NCBI GenBank assembly: GCA_023245355.1
Contig: JAHFKN010000007.1
Coordinates: forward strand, 1 to 63,688
Direction of reading: 5' to 3'
Origin: Candidatus Gottesmanbacteria bacterium
GTDB lineage: Bacteria; Patescibacteriota; Microgenomatia; UBA10105; UBA927
Length of the DNA: 63,688 nt
Position 1 is the stretch's first letter. Each line of letters opens with the position of its first letter. The position numbers and the translations under genes were made by a program. Shown piece after piece: positions 1 to 8,959 of the stretch. The notes beneath the pieces are model-generated. The model was not told the origin of the DNA. It made no database searches and saw only the letters and a list, made by a program, of their open reading frames with translations.

Positions 1-1
1 G

Positions 2-73
2 CTCCCCCGGTAGGATTCGAACCTACAACCTTCTTCTTAACAGGAAGCCGCGCTACCATTGCGCCACAGGGGA
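2..73 (-). tRNA. tRNA-Asn (anticodon GTT)
   Basis: The reverse complement folds into a 72-nt cloverleaf: acceptor TCCCCTG/CGGGGGA, D stem GCGC/GCGC, anticodon loop CT-GTT-AA, T arm GTAGG-TTCGAAT-CCTAC, discriminator G. There is a G27.A43 mismatch. Any CCA end would run off the window edge. Confidence 0.95.
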
Positions 74-191
74 ATGTTAAGAACGAGAGTATTATACCAT
101 GATTTTCGGCTTGGTTACCTTGTTATCCGTCGTACATGCCTGTTATGTCATTGGAGCGTATACTGACGACAGAGCATTGTATTTATCCGTT

Positions 192-989
192 ATGTTTACC
201 CAGCCTGTTTTTTATGCCCTGCTTGCGACCATATTTACCTGGGGGGTGACTGCCGTGGGAGCTGCGGGAGTATTCGTCTTCCGGCAGGCCAACCAGAAAG
301 TGCTCGACGGCATGCTGGGATTCACGGCCGGCGTCATGATTGCAGCAAGCTTTTGGTCTCTGCTCGCGCCTTCTATCGCATTATCCCAACATGCAGGTAT
401 TCTTCCGTGGATCCCGCCGCTTATCGGGTTTTTGTCCGGAGGGGCATTTTTGTGGATAGTCGATAAGGCGCTGCCGCACCTGCATCTGTATGCGCCTGCC
501 TCACAAAAAGAGGGGGTAAAAACCCGCTGGCATAAAACCATGCTGCTGTTTCTGGCCATCACCCTTCATAATATTCCGGAGGGTCTGGCGATAGGCGTGG
601 CATTCGGGGCAGCTTCGCTTGCAACATCTGGTGCGACACTGGCAAACGCCATAGCGCTAGCTATCGGCATCGGGATACAGAATTTCCCCGAAGGGTTTGC
701 CGTGTCCATGCCGTTTCGGCGTGAGGGTATGAGCAGGCTCAAAAGTTTCCTGTACGGTCAGGCATCGGCGTTGGTCGAACCCATAGCTGCAGTTATCGGG
801 GCTGCAGGGGTGCTGTATATGCAGGGGTTGTTGCCGTATGCGCTTGCGTTTGCGGCCGGGGCCATGATTTACGTGTCTGTCGAAGAAATTATCCCGGAAT
901 CCCAGGCACACGGAACGGATAGCGCAACCATCGGAGCCATGATCGGTTTTGCCATCATGATGACGCTGGATGTCGCGTTTGGGGTGTAA
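192..989 (+). CDS. zupT: ZIP family (ZupT/GufA) divalent metal transporter
   Basis: Motifs LHNIPEGLAIGVAFG and IGIQNFPEGFAVS, with about 8 hydrophobic segments. The ORF is open from 99; the start at 192 (MFTQPV) was chosen by typical family length. Confidence 0.88.
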   Translation: MFTQPVFYALLATIFTWGVTAVGAAGVFVFRQANQKVLDGMLGFTAGVMIAASFWSLLAPSIALSQHAGILPWIPPLIGFLSGGAFLWIVDKALPHLHLYAPASQKEGVKTRWHKTMLLFLAITLHNIPEGLAIGVAFGAASLATSGATLANAIALAIGIGIQNFPEGFAVSMPFRREGMSRLKSFLYGQASALVEPIAAVIGAAGVLYMQGLLPYALAFAAGAMIYVSVEEIIPESQAHGTDSATIGAMIGFAIMMTLDVAFGV

Positions 990-1026
990 GTATCGCGGCT
1001 ATGATATATACTTTTATGTACGCGCT

Positions 1027-1332
1027 ATGAGTAAGAATCCTCTCATCAATGCATTTGCCGCCGCTTGCTATATTGTGCTGATTGCTTCCGTGATGTTTTG
1101 GGGCACCAAAATGGCTCCGAAATCCGATACGTTTCTGGCACCTATTGCCGTGATCTCACTCTTCACGCTGTCTGCCGCTGTCATGGGATATCTGTTTTGC
1201 TACACGCCGCTTATGATGTATTTTGATGGCAAGAAAAAACAGGCGGTCACGCTGTTTCTTCAGACGGTTTTGGTGTTCGGCGTATTTACGGCGGTTGCCC
1301 TCGGGCTTTTGTTTTCCGGCGCACGGATATAA
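1027..1332 (+). CDS. Small hypothetical membrane protein (3 predicted TM segments)
   Basis: ORF MSKNPLINAFAA... has three hydrophobic stretches and follows the ZIP gene on the same strand. The start is trimmed from the track's 970, which overlaps the ZIP gene. Confidence 0.7.
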   Translation: MSKNPLINAFAAACYIVLIASVMFWGTKMAPKSDTFLAPIAVISLFTLSAAVMGYLFCYTPLMMYFDGKKKQAVTLFLQTVLVFGVFTAVALGLLFSGARI

Positions 1333-1432
1333 GTATGACTTCCCATAACGTCAATCAGGTATTGTGTTGTTGTACCTCTCATCTTCCTGGGGAGGGTATG
1401 TCATAACGGTGTAACGAAAGCAGCATAAAGAC

Positions 1433-1459
1433 AGAGCCTCCCTATCGGGAGGTTTTTTT
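1433..1459 (+). terminator. Intrinsic terminator (possibly regulated)
   Basis: CCTCCC-TATC-GGGAGG hairpin followed by 7 T. Confidence 0.8.
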
Positions 1460-1491
1460 GTGGTTTCCTGAAAGGAGGTGAGTTGCTATAT

Positions 1492-1725
1492 ATGTCACTA
1501 CAAGATGAGATAGAGCAGGCGGCAGATCAATACGGAGGCGTGGGGACAGCAAATAACAAAGAAAAAAGCGCCGTGCGTGCGATATTGGAGCCGGTATTCG
1601 GTCAGCGGTCAAACACGCGGCTTAGGACGCTTCGCGACGGATTGTGGGCACGAAGCAGGCGCGAAGGGGACAGATATTCGGATCTGGCAGAGATGCTGGA
1701 TACGTTAATCCGGAGAAAGAAATAG
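1492..1725 (+). CDS. Small hypothetical protein (77 aa)
   Basis: Strong SD AAAGGAGGTGA at 1471-1481, 10 nt before ATG 1492. The product is charged and probably helical, with no recognised motif. Confidence 0.7.
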   Translation: MSLQDEIEQAADQYGGVGTANNKEKSAVRAILEPVFGQRSNTRLRTLRDGLWARSRREGDRYSDLAEMLDTLIRRKK

Positions 1726-1735
1726 CGCAGGCGGG

Positions 1736-2182
1736 TTAAACCCACCGCCTCGTTTTCTTTTTGTATGATTTGTACGATGTACCGAACGCTTTCGTCAGCA
1801 TGCTTTCTTCATATGGGATGAAGAACGTGTTGACGAAAGCGAGGAAGATAATGGGGCCGACAAACGCCAGCACGTTGGCAAACAGCAAAACAGTGCCGAC
1901 AGAAATCATGAGAAATCCTAAATAAATGGGATTCCTGCTGTAACGGTACGGTCCGTGCATGACGAGTTTGGATGGCTTGTGCCGCGGATGCAGCGTCGTT
2001 TTGTGTTTCCTGAGGAGTTTTATGGCCCACAGGACGATGCCGATTCCCAACGTAATCAGGATAATGCCCAAAAAACTGATGGTGACATCGGTAAACTGAA
2101 TTGCCGGAAATGCCGTGCTGACCAGATACGAAAGCGCAATGGCGATAATAAGAAGAACAGGGGGTGAAATATACATATACAT
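1736..2182 (-). CDS. Isoprenylcysteine carboxyl methyltransferase / PEMT family membrane methyltransferase
   Basis: Motifs LVMHGPYRYSRNPIYLG and EE-x2-L-x3-FG-x2-Y-x2-Y-x5-RW. The start is uncertain (2194/2182/2176). Confidence 0.85.
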   Translation of the reverse strand: MYMYISPPVLLIIAIALSYLVSTAFPAIQFTDVTISFLGIILITLGIGIVLWAIKLLRKHKTTLHPRHKPSKLVMHGPYRYSRNPIYLGFLMISVGTVLLFANVLAFVGPIIFLAFVNTFFIPYEESMLTKAFGTSYKSYKKKTRRWV

Positions 2183-2248
2183 ACATGATGACATATCAGG
2201 CTCTTGTCACTCAAGACAGCAAAAGTTCGGTATAATGAGTATGAATTC

Positions 2249-3412
2249 ATGAAAAAGAAGCGTGCCGTCCGCGTAGATTTTCTGTTCCTTCTTTGGATCA
2301 GCGTCATTGCCGCTATTTCCTTTTTTGCCGTGCAGCAGGTGCGGCGCCTTGTCGGTGTGTTGCCGAAGGAGAACTTCAGACAAAAAGTTACCGGGAGTAT
2401 TTCGCGGCAGGGCGATTGGTTTATACGAAACCAAACTCCGGCCGGGGATTTTGTCTATGAGCGATATGCTGCAACCGGAGAAATAAAAGAGGGAAACAGT
2501 ATCGTGCGGCAGGCGGGAGCGCTGTATGGATTGGCACAGCTGTATGCGTATACCAAAAACCCCGAAACGAAAACGACATTAGAAAAAGGGTTTGATTATT
2601 TCCGGGGACTGACGGCTACACCGAGTGCGAGTGCCAATGTCATAACGCATAACGGACAAACCCTCACCAATACGACAGCGCTTCTGGTATTGGGGCTTGT
2701 GGAATATCTGGAAGCAGACAGCCGGAATAAGACGACGGAAAATCTGGAATACCTGGTGCGGCTTTCCAACTACTTAGCTTCCACACAGACTTCAACCGGC
2801 GCGTATATCAACGAGTACGTGCCCAAGCCCGTAGAATCCGATTACAACAACGGGGAAACCATGTATGCACTGATCCGGAGTTACAACGTGACACAAAAGC
2901 AGGAGTATCTCCTGTCCGTCAAACGCATGGCGTCGTATGCCATGGAGTATTACGGCCCGCAGGGATTTAATTCTTCATTTTTCAGCTGGGGTATGGCGGG
3001 ATTTTCCTACTTATACGCAGCAGAGCCGGATGAAAAATATTGGATTTTTTTGAAGCAGTATGCGGATAAATATATGACGAGCCGCGGAGTCGTCTACGAG
3101 CAGTTTCTCAATCACACATCCGAAACGGCCATAACGCCCGGTGCATCCGTGTTCCTCGAAGGAGTAAATCACATCGCCTGGGTGGCAAAAGACAAGGATC
3201 CGGTCTTATACCGCACGCTCAAACGTCATGTAGAGCGCGTATTGGATTTTTTGCTTACGTATGAACTTGACGGCCCTTACGGCAAATATGCATCCGGCAA
3301 GGATATGGTGCGGGGCGCCATTTGTTCACAGAAAGAATGCGAAACAACGCGGATTGATTTTCTGCAGCACAATATCTCCGCCATTCTGCTTTACGTTAAG
3401 TTTTTGATATAG
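2249..3412 (+). CDS. Membrane-anchored hypothetical protein, probable (alpha/alpha) toroid fold
   Basis: N-terminal KKKR plus a TM helix. Motifs GDFVYE..., VRQAGALYGL, NGETMYAL and RIDFLQHNISA resemble six-hairpin glycosidase / prenyltransferase-like toroid proteins (from memory of the family). Confidence 0.6.
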   Translation: MKKKRAVRVDFLFLLWISVIAAISFFAVQQVRRLVGVLPKENFRQKVTGSISRQGDWFIRNQTPAGDFVYERYAATGEIKEGNSIVRQAGALYGLAQLYAYTKNPETKTTLEKGFDYFRGLTATPSASANVITHNGQTLTNTTALLVLGLVEYLEADSRNKTTENLEYLVRLSNYLASTQTSTGAYINEYVPKPVESDYNNGETMYALIRSYNVTQKQEYLLSVKRMASYAMEYYGPQGFNSSFFSWGMAGFSYLYAAEPDEKYWIFLKQYADKYMTSRGVVYEQFLNHTSETAITPGASVFLEGVNHIAWVAKDKDPVLYRTLKRHVERVLDFLLTYELDGPYGKYASGKDMVRGAICSQKECETTRIDFLQHNISAILLYVKFLI

Positions 3413-3927
3413 TCGAGCGCTTCGACAGTAGGCTGCGAGGTGAGTAGTATTTCCGCTTCCTCGTATGATTTCCACCCGTAGGAAAAAAATTCCGTACGGA
3501 GTGATGCATCTTTCGGGTGAAATGAATCCCGGTCAAACGGAAGAAGATGCCAGAAATCATAATGCCACTCACACACCTGCGTTTCCGGATGCTCGATTTT
3601 TGTGAGTGTGATGAGCGCCGGCGCGGGGACAAAAGAAGGCGTAAGGAATATGCCCCATTCTTCCTGCGCTTCCCGGATGACGGTATCGAGCGGCGTTTCT
3701 CGCTGATCCATGTGTCCGCCGTTAAACAGCCAGAGGCCGGATTTTTTGTGATGACCGATAAATACCTGCTGAGCATCGGGGTCGAATGCCGCAAAATAGA
3801 CACACAGGTGTGACAGGGCATTTTCGCTCCGTGTGAGACGCCCTTCGTTCAGGCGCGCGAGAAATTTACGCTTCACGGTACCCGTTCCTCCGGCATTGTT
3901 GATGAGGGTAGTCAGATGGTGTTTCAT
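3391..3927 (-). CDS. NUDIX hydrolase
   Basis: Nudix box GGHMDQRETPLDTVIREAQEEWG. ATG 3927 lies 1 nt after the stop of the upstream glycosyltransferase, so the longer start in the track is rejected. Confidence 0.85.
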   Translation of the reverse strand: MKHHLTTLINNAGGTGTVKRKFLARLNEGRLTRSENALSHLCVYFAAFDPDAQQVFIGHHKKSGLWLFNGGHMDQRETPLDTVIREAQEEWGIFLTPSFVPAPALITLTKIEHPETQVCEWHYDFWHLLPFDRDSFHPKDASLRTEFFSYGWKSYEEAEILLTSQPTVEALDYIKNLT

Positions 3928-3928
3928 A

Positions 3929-5587
3929 TTAGTTGCATCCCAATACGGGAGAACAGACGTGTTGCCGCTTATACAGGGTGATTGTCGGGTGGTCAAAGAC
4001 GGTAAGCGTTTCTTCCGCATCATCGTCGGGTATCGTAAATGCCCCGAGACGCGGATAGGATGAAAATTCCGCAACCTTGGTAAACCCGAGCGCGCCGCTC
4101 GTTAGGGATTTGTAAAATGCCGATGCGTTCGGATACCGGTCTTGCTGACGCAGGATGGTATTTTTTACTTTCGGGCTTTCGAGCAGAATATAGTCGGATT
4201 GGGCAAGGGCTTTGTAAAGATTATCCGTTTTTGTTTGTCCGTCCGGAAGCGTATACATGTTAACTGTCACAATCCGGTATCCGCGGTTTTTGAGTTCCGG
4301 CCGGGAAAACCGCACGATGCCGTTCCATTCTTCCGTCAACAATACGGATCCGGATGGGACGTTTTTGCCAATCCAGTCCGCTGCGCGAAGCGATGTGTGC
4401 GAAGAAGCGTACACGGGAAAAAACATGCTCCCATACAGAAGTTGTGATAGTGTCGCGGCAATAAGGATGATTCTCCCTGCGCGGATTTTTTGTATATCCC
4501 AAAGAAGCTTGGCTGCAAACAACGCAAAAAACGGCATGAGGGGGGAGGCGTAGCGTGTAAATTTAAGATACGTACATGCAAGGAACACGATAAATCCGAC
4601 ACTCCAGAGTGCTGCAATCACCGGCAGCATGGTCCGGGATTTGCGGTGCAGTAAAAATCCCAGAATTCCGATTGTTCCGAAAGCGGCGAGCGGACCGAAT
4701 GCATACAAAAGATTTTTTACCCACCAGAATCCGTTCGTGTCCTGAAACTGCATCGTCCAGTCCATGAGGAGGCGTCCGGATACGACTGCTGCCAGATACT
4801 GCGACCGGTCGATATATCCGGGCCAATCAATAAACGAATAGGGGGAGGCGACAAAAAACGACGCAACGCACGCGATAGACCATAGTGCTGCCGCCCGTAT
4901 GACAGATGCCGTCCGTTTCGTGGTAAGGAGTATCGCAATTCCCGGTATAGGAAGAAACATGTACGACGTGTTTTTGGTAGCAAGCAGTAATCCTGATGTA
5001 ATCCCCATCCAGGAGAGCGCAAATACGTCCGGCTTTTTGATATACCGGATGGTTGCCGTAAGCAGGATAAGCAAAAGAAATATGAGTATGCTTTCCGTGG
5101 TGTAAAAACGGGCAAGCTGGGCGGACATCGGAGTCACGGCAAACAGAAAGGCAGCGATCAGTCCGGTTTCCTTTTTCCATAATTGTTTCCCGATGATATA
5201 GAGAAGAGGAACGGACACTGCGGACAGCAGCGCGGACATATACCGGCCGACGACGGTCATTCCCTCCGGTGTCGTTGCCCAACGGGAAGCATTGGGCAAC
5301 AACGATACGCCGAGAGATACAAGTTTGAGAAGATACACGGACAGTCCGTTATAGTCATGAAATCCTGGGGAGAGATGCGAGAAAAATCTGACAGCCATCG
5401 CTCCGTTGACGATCAGCGCTTCATCAGGGTGGAGTCTGCCGCCCAAATCCCAGTTAAGGTTTGTAAACCGCAGCAGCGCGCCGGCGACAGTTATCGTAAG
5501 TAAAACCCAATGCGTTTTGAAGCATCGTATCACAGGAGAAAGTATAGCATGGAGAAAATAGTGCGGGGCAGGTGGGTTCGCGGGCAA
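3929..5587 (-). CDS. GT-C fold glycosyltransferase (PMT/ArnT-like, GT39/83)
   Basis: Motif LRFTNLNW...HPDE in the first loop, GR-x2-SAL and ATK motifs, many TM segments, and a C-terminal soluble domain ending FDHPTI. Confidence 0.85.
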   Translation of the reverse strand: MPANPPAPHYFLHAILSPVIRCFKTHWVLLTITVAGALLRFTNLNWDLGGRLHPDEALIVNGAMAVRFFSHLSPGFHDYNGLSVYLLKLVSLGVSLLPNASRWATTPEGMTVVGRYMSALLSAVSVPLLYIIGKQLWKKETGLIAAFLFAVTPMSAQLARFYTTESILIFLLLILLTATIRYIKKPDVFALSWMGITSGLLLATKNTSYMFLPIPGIAILLTTKRTASVIRAAALWSIACVASFFVASPYSFIDWPGYIDRSQYLAAVVSGRLLMDWTMQFQDTNGFWWVKNLLYAFGPLAAFGTIGILGFLLHRKSRTMLPVIAALWSVGFIVFLACTYLKFTRYASPLMPFFALFAAKLLWDIQKIRAGRIILIAATLSQLLYGSMFFPVYASSHTSLRAADWIGKNVPSGSVLLTEEWNGIVRFSRPELKNRGYRIVTVNMYTLPDGQTKTDNLYKALAQSDYILLESPKVKNTILRQQDRYPNASAFYKSLTSGALGFTKVAEFSSYPRLGAFTIPDDDAEETLTVFDHPTITLYKRQHVCSPVLGCN

Positions 5588-5593
5588 AGAAAG

Positions 5594-6016
5594 TTAAATT
5601 TTTATCCGGTACCGTTTGACGTTCAACCTTCCGGATTTGAGTGATGTTTCGACAAGCAGCGTTGCGTTTTGGATGCCTCTGTGCGGCGTACATACGCCGT
5701 GGCTGCAGGTTCCGAAATATAAATCGCGCGTATCCGTGGCTGACCCTAACGGGACGAGAGAACCGACGGCGCCCTGTTCAATTCCGTTTGCCGTATACGA
5801 GAGCGTGTAGGTGATTTTTGAAACGGATCCCAAATTCACGAACGTGACGATGACGCTGTTTGTATTGCGGGAAAGTTTCGCTTTGGAATACCCGCTTGTG
5901 ACCGTACCTGATCCTTTGGATACAGCCGTCCGCACCCTGGCTTTTGCCGCAAATACCTGCTGCGGGGTAAAGACGAGAGACGTAACGACAAGAAGAAAAG
6001 CGACAAGGAGTTTCAT
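5594..6016 (-). CDS. Secreted hypothetical protein with FGTCSxGVC motif
   Basis: Signal peptide (MKLLVAFLLVV...VFA) and a Cys pair in YFGTCSHGVCTPH. TATAAT lies 6 nt upstream of the ATG. Confidence 0.75.
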   Translation of the reverse strand: MKLLVAFLLVVTSLVFTPQQVFAAKARVRTAVSKGSGTVTSGYSKAKLSRNTNSVIVTFVNLGSVSKITYTLSYTANGIEQGAVGSLVPLGSATDTRDLYFGTCSHGVCTPHRGIQNATLLVETSLKSGRLNVKRYRIKI

Positions 6017-6059
6017 AAGAAGATTATAGCAAGAATGATGCCCTCATGATACACTCGAC

Positions 6060-6698
6060 ATGATGAAAAAACCGTTTGTATTTATCCTTATAGGCGGATT
6101 GATTATCGGTGGCATCGGGGCCGGGGCATATTTGTATTTTTCCAACTCAGCGCGTTCGGCAAAACCCGGGGGAGTTGCCGGAAAAGCAGAAACGACGCCG
6201 ACACCGACGCCCAAATTGGTTTTGTGGGACGATCCGGCCGGGTTTACCATGCAGTACCCCGAAGGACTGACACTCAACAAACACGAAGAAGACACATTAA
6301 ATTATGCGCATGTGGAATTGACCGATGCCGCGCATCCGGGAGGGTTGATCATATGGGTAAAAGATATCCCGGCAGGGGTAGCCGATACGGCATCCTGGGG
6401 AAAGAAAGCGGCTACACCGTCGTCGGCAATATCCTTTGACACCATGCTGGGTAGCCAGTCTGCGCAGAAAATTCTCGTGTCCGGTCCCGGTAAAACGGTG
6501 ACCGTCGGCGTGATATATGACGGCGTGTTGTGGTATGTCGAATCCAAGCTGACGGATGAGCAGTATTGGCAGTCGGTATTTGATACGATTGTGCAGTCGT
6601 TTACCTTTAAGCCCGTTACCCCCCAGGCGGGAAACGGTAACCAGGCAGGCGGGGGCGCCAGTACGGGCGTAACCGAAGAAGAGGAAGTCCTCGAATAA
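6060..6698 (+). CDS. Membrane-anchored exported protein, PsbP/Mog1-like domain
   Basis: N-terminal TM, TPTPTP linker, then a domain starting GFTMQYP (F-x-F-x-YP start typical of PsbP-like folds) and ending IVQSFTF. Acidic C-terminal tail. Confidence 0.65.
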   Translation: MMKKPFVFILIGGLIIGGIGAGAYLYFSNSARSAKPGGVAGKAETTPTPTPKLVLWDDPAGFTMQYPEGLTLNKHEEDTLNYAHVELTDAAHPGGLIIWVKDIPAGVADTASWGKKAATPSSAISFDTMLGSQSAQKILVSGPGKTVTVGVIYDGVLWYVESKLTDEQYWQSVFDTIVQSFTFKPVTPQAGNGNQAGGGASTGVTEEEEVLE

Positions 6699-6730
6699 CG
6701 CGTTTCCGGTTTGGTTCCAGCCCCATAATA

Positions 6731-6739
6731 TGATATACT
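6731..6739 (+). promoter_or_regulatory. Extended -10 promoter for the RRM gene
   Basis: TG-A-TATACT at 6731-6739 implies a leader of about 110 nt before ATG 6858. Confidence 0.5.
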
Positions 6740-6857
6740 CCTCGTTGTCCTGGGAACAAAGTGGTGACAACGTCCAGTTCTCTGAGAATCCTCGTTGATT
6801 TCTCTTAGGCAAAACATGGGTGTCTCCTTCAAGACCTAAGGGGAAAGGAATTCTAAT

Positions 6858-7124
6858 ATGGCTATCAATTTGTTCGTGGGGAATTTACCCTACAACATGA
6901 CCAATGACGACTTGGCGCAAACATTTGCACAAGCCGGCACAGTCGTGTCTGCAAAAGTCATTTCTGACAAATATTCCGGCCGCTCACGCGGTTTTGGATT
7001 TGTGGAGATGTCTTCTGATGAAGAGAGCAAGAAAGCGATCGAGATGTTCAATGGTAAGGATGTGAACGGAAGACCGCTCGTTGTCAACGAAGCTCGTCCT
7101 CGTGAAGAGCGCCCGAGACAGTAA
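6858..7124 (+). CDS. RRM-domain RNA-binding protein (Rbp family)
   Basis: RNP2 LFVGNL and RNP1 RGFGFVEM motifs, C-terminal VVNEARPR, and an upstream SD-like GAAAGGA. Confidence 0.95.
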   Translation: MAINLFVGNLPYNMTNDDLAQTFAQAGTVVSAKVISDKYSGRSRGFGFVEMSSDEESKKAIEMFNGKDVNGRPLVVNEARPREERPRQ

Positions 7125-7141
7125 CGAAATTAAGAGTATAA

Positions 7142-7173
7142 ACCAAAAGCCCCGCGAATGCGGGGTTTTTGGT
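7142..7173. terminator. Intrinsic terminator, potentially bidirectional
   Basis: ACCAAAAGCCCCGC-GAAT-GCGGGGTTTTTGGT forms a 14-bp stem with one G-T pair, directly after the RRM gene. Confidence 0.85.
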
Positions 7174-7201
7174 ATGAAAATATTGATGTAATATCAGAAG
7201 T

Positions 7202-8959
7202 ATGAAGGCGGGTCAGTATTTATTGGAGTTCATTGCTAAGCAGTGGGCAATATTCGTTCTCCTTGGTATCGGGATAATTACCTATATCAATATATTACCC
7301 AACGGATTTGTTTGGGATGACTACGTTGATATCGTCAATAATCCGGATGCGAAGCAAATTCACCTGGAGACACTCTTCCAGCGCAACGCGGTAAATAACG
7401 GCTTATTTTACCGGCCATTCGCATTGTTGTATACCAGCTTATTGCAATCATCATTTCAAGATGGGGCGTTTTGGTATCACCTGTCTCAGGTAGGTATTCA
7501 TTTGGTTAATACGGTGCTTGTGTATTTTCTTTTTACTAGGTTTCTAAAACGCCTGTCGGCGTTGATTCTTTCAGTAATTTTTCTTGTACATCCTATTCAG
7601 GTCGAATCAGTTGCATTTGCAGCTTCGTTTGTAGGGCCGCTTTCGTTTCTCTTCGGTATTCTGGCCGTGCATTTTTCCTATATGAATAGTAAACGATTTT
7701 TTAACATAGTCGGGTGTTCGTTACTCCTGCTTGGGTCGATGTTCGTAAAGGAACAGGGTGTATTGTTTGTTCCAATAGTTATATTCAATGTATTAGTCTT
7801 TTCGGAAAATAATACCAAGCGTTTCTACATATTTATTGGTTGTCTTATCAGTTTTTTGATATATGGATATTTTCGTTTATTCATAGGCCAAACAGGATTT
7901 ATAAATACCCGGGCGGGTGTTGTCCCGATCGCCCTTCTTGATATTGATCAACGTCTTCTAAACGTTCCTGAGGTTGTATGGTATTACTTCCGGACATTTC
8001 TGTTTCCTTATTGGCTAGCTATTGATCAACAGTGGGTGGTATCAAAAATTACGTTTTGGCAATTCTGGTTTCCACTTATCATCGTGTGCTTTATATTTGG
8101 ATTGTTTCTTTGGAGCGCGCGCACACTTCTTCATCAAGATAAAAGACGGTTTAAGGTGTTTGTTTTTTTCTTTGTCTGGTTTGTCATCACCTTAGCTTTT
8201 CATCTACCGGTGATTCCCTCAGATATGACGGTTGCAGATAGATTTTTTTACCTGCCTATAGTCGGGTTGTTGGGCATGATAGGGGTATATTTAGAGCATG
8301 TAAATTCAATTTTTAGACGCAACGTATATGTGCGTCGTTTTTTATTGATGGGGAGTGCGATAATGCTAATATTGTTGATAACAAGAACTGTTCATAGAAA
8401 TAGCAATTGGGTTGACGAACGGGCATTGTATGAGCACGATCTGTCAATATATGACAGCTTTAATATCGAGAATAATCTTGGAAACATATATCTTTCGGAT
8501 GGCAGGTATAAGGACGCACTAGCCCGATTCCAACAATCTTACGCACTATTTCCGACAGAGTTAAATTCTTTCAATGTCGGATACGCGTACGATCTTCAAA
8601 GAAGGCCTGAAGAAGCCGTTCAGCATTATGAGAAAAGTCTAACGTATAAAAAATATCCGGATAAAAATAATGCGGTTATTCGTCAAATGGCAATGGAGAA
8701 GCTGATACGCCTGTATTTAATAGAAAAAAAATACGCTCGTGCTCAGGAAATACTGAAGAGGAACCCAAGCGATCTTTCAATCAATGGGCAGCTTTGGCAA
8801 TATTTTGCTATTAGTGAATACAATTTGGGAAATACGGATGAAGCATACGCCGCGCTAGAGAAGTCAAAAAAATATTTATCTTCTACCGATGCGTCAAGTG
8901 ATTATCTTTATTCACTTATGCAGCAAGGTGAACAAATAACCCTCATTCGATCCAAATAA
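7202..8959 (+). CDS. TMTC-like GT-C glycosyltransferase with C-terminal TPR repeats
   Basis: NGFVWDD, FYRP, HP(I)QVESV and ADRFFYLP motifs typical of TMTC/DUF1736 proteins, followed by TPR-like segments (NNLGNIY...A...F). Confidence 0.85.
   Translation: MKAGQYLLEFIAKQWAIFVLLGIGIITYINILPNGFVWDDYVDIVNNPDAKQIHLETLFQRNAVNNGLFYRPFALLYTSLLQSSFQDGAFWYHLSQVGIHLVNTVLVYFLFTRFLKRLSALILSVIFLVHPIQVESVAFAASFVGPLSFLFGILAVHFSYMNSKRFFNIVGCSLLLLGSMFVKEQGVLFVPIVIFNVLVFSENNTKRFYIFIGCLISFLIYGYFRLFIGQTGFINTRAGVVPIALLDIDQRLLNVPEVVWYYFRTFLFPYWLAIDQQWVVSKITFWQFWFPLIIVCFIFGLFLWSARTLLHQDKRRFKVFVFFFVWFVITLAFHLPVIPSDMTVADRFFYLPIVGLLGMIGVYLEHVNSIFRRNVYVRRFLLMGSAIMLILLITRTVHRNSNWVDERALYEHDLSIYDSFNIENNLGNIYLSDGRYKDALARFQQSYALFPTELNSFNVGYAYDLQRRPEEAVQHYEKSLTYKKYPDKNNAVIRQMAMEKLIRLYLIEKKYARAQEILKRNPSDLSINGQLWQYFAISEYNLGNTDEAYAALEKSKKYLSSTDASSDYLYSLMQQGEQITLIRSK

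Noticed and set aside
1389-1432. yybP-ykoY (Mn) or SAM/c-di-GMP riboswitch identity for the leader
   Set aside because: Only short word matches. The GAGUAG L1 loop, the four-way junction and the other cores are absent, so it is kept only as an unknown attenuator.
3928-4074. N-terminal extension of the NUDIX ORF in the track
   Set aside because: It overlaps the 3' end of the GT-C gene. ATG 3927 is coupled to that gene's stop and gives a normal-length Nudix protein.
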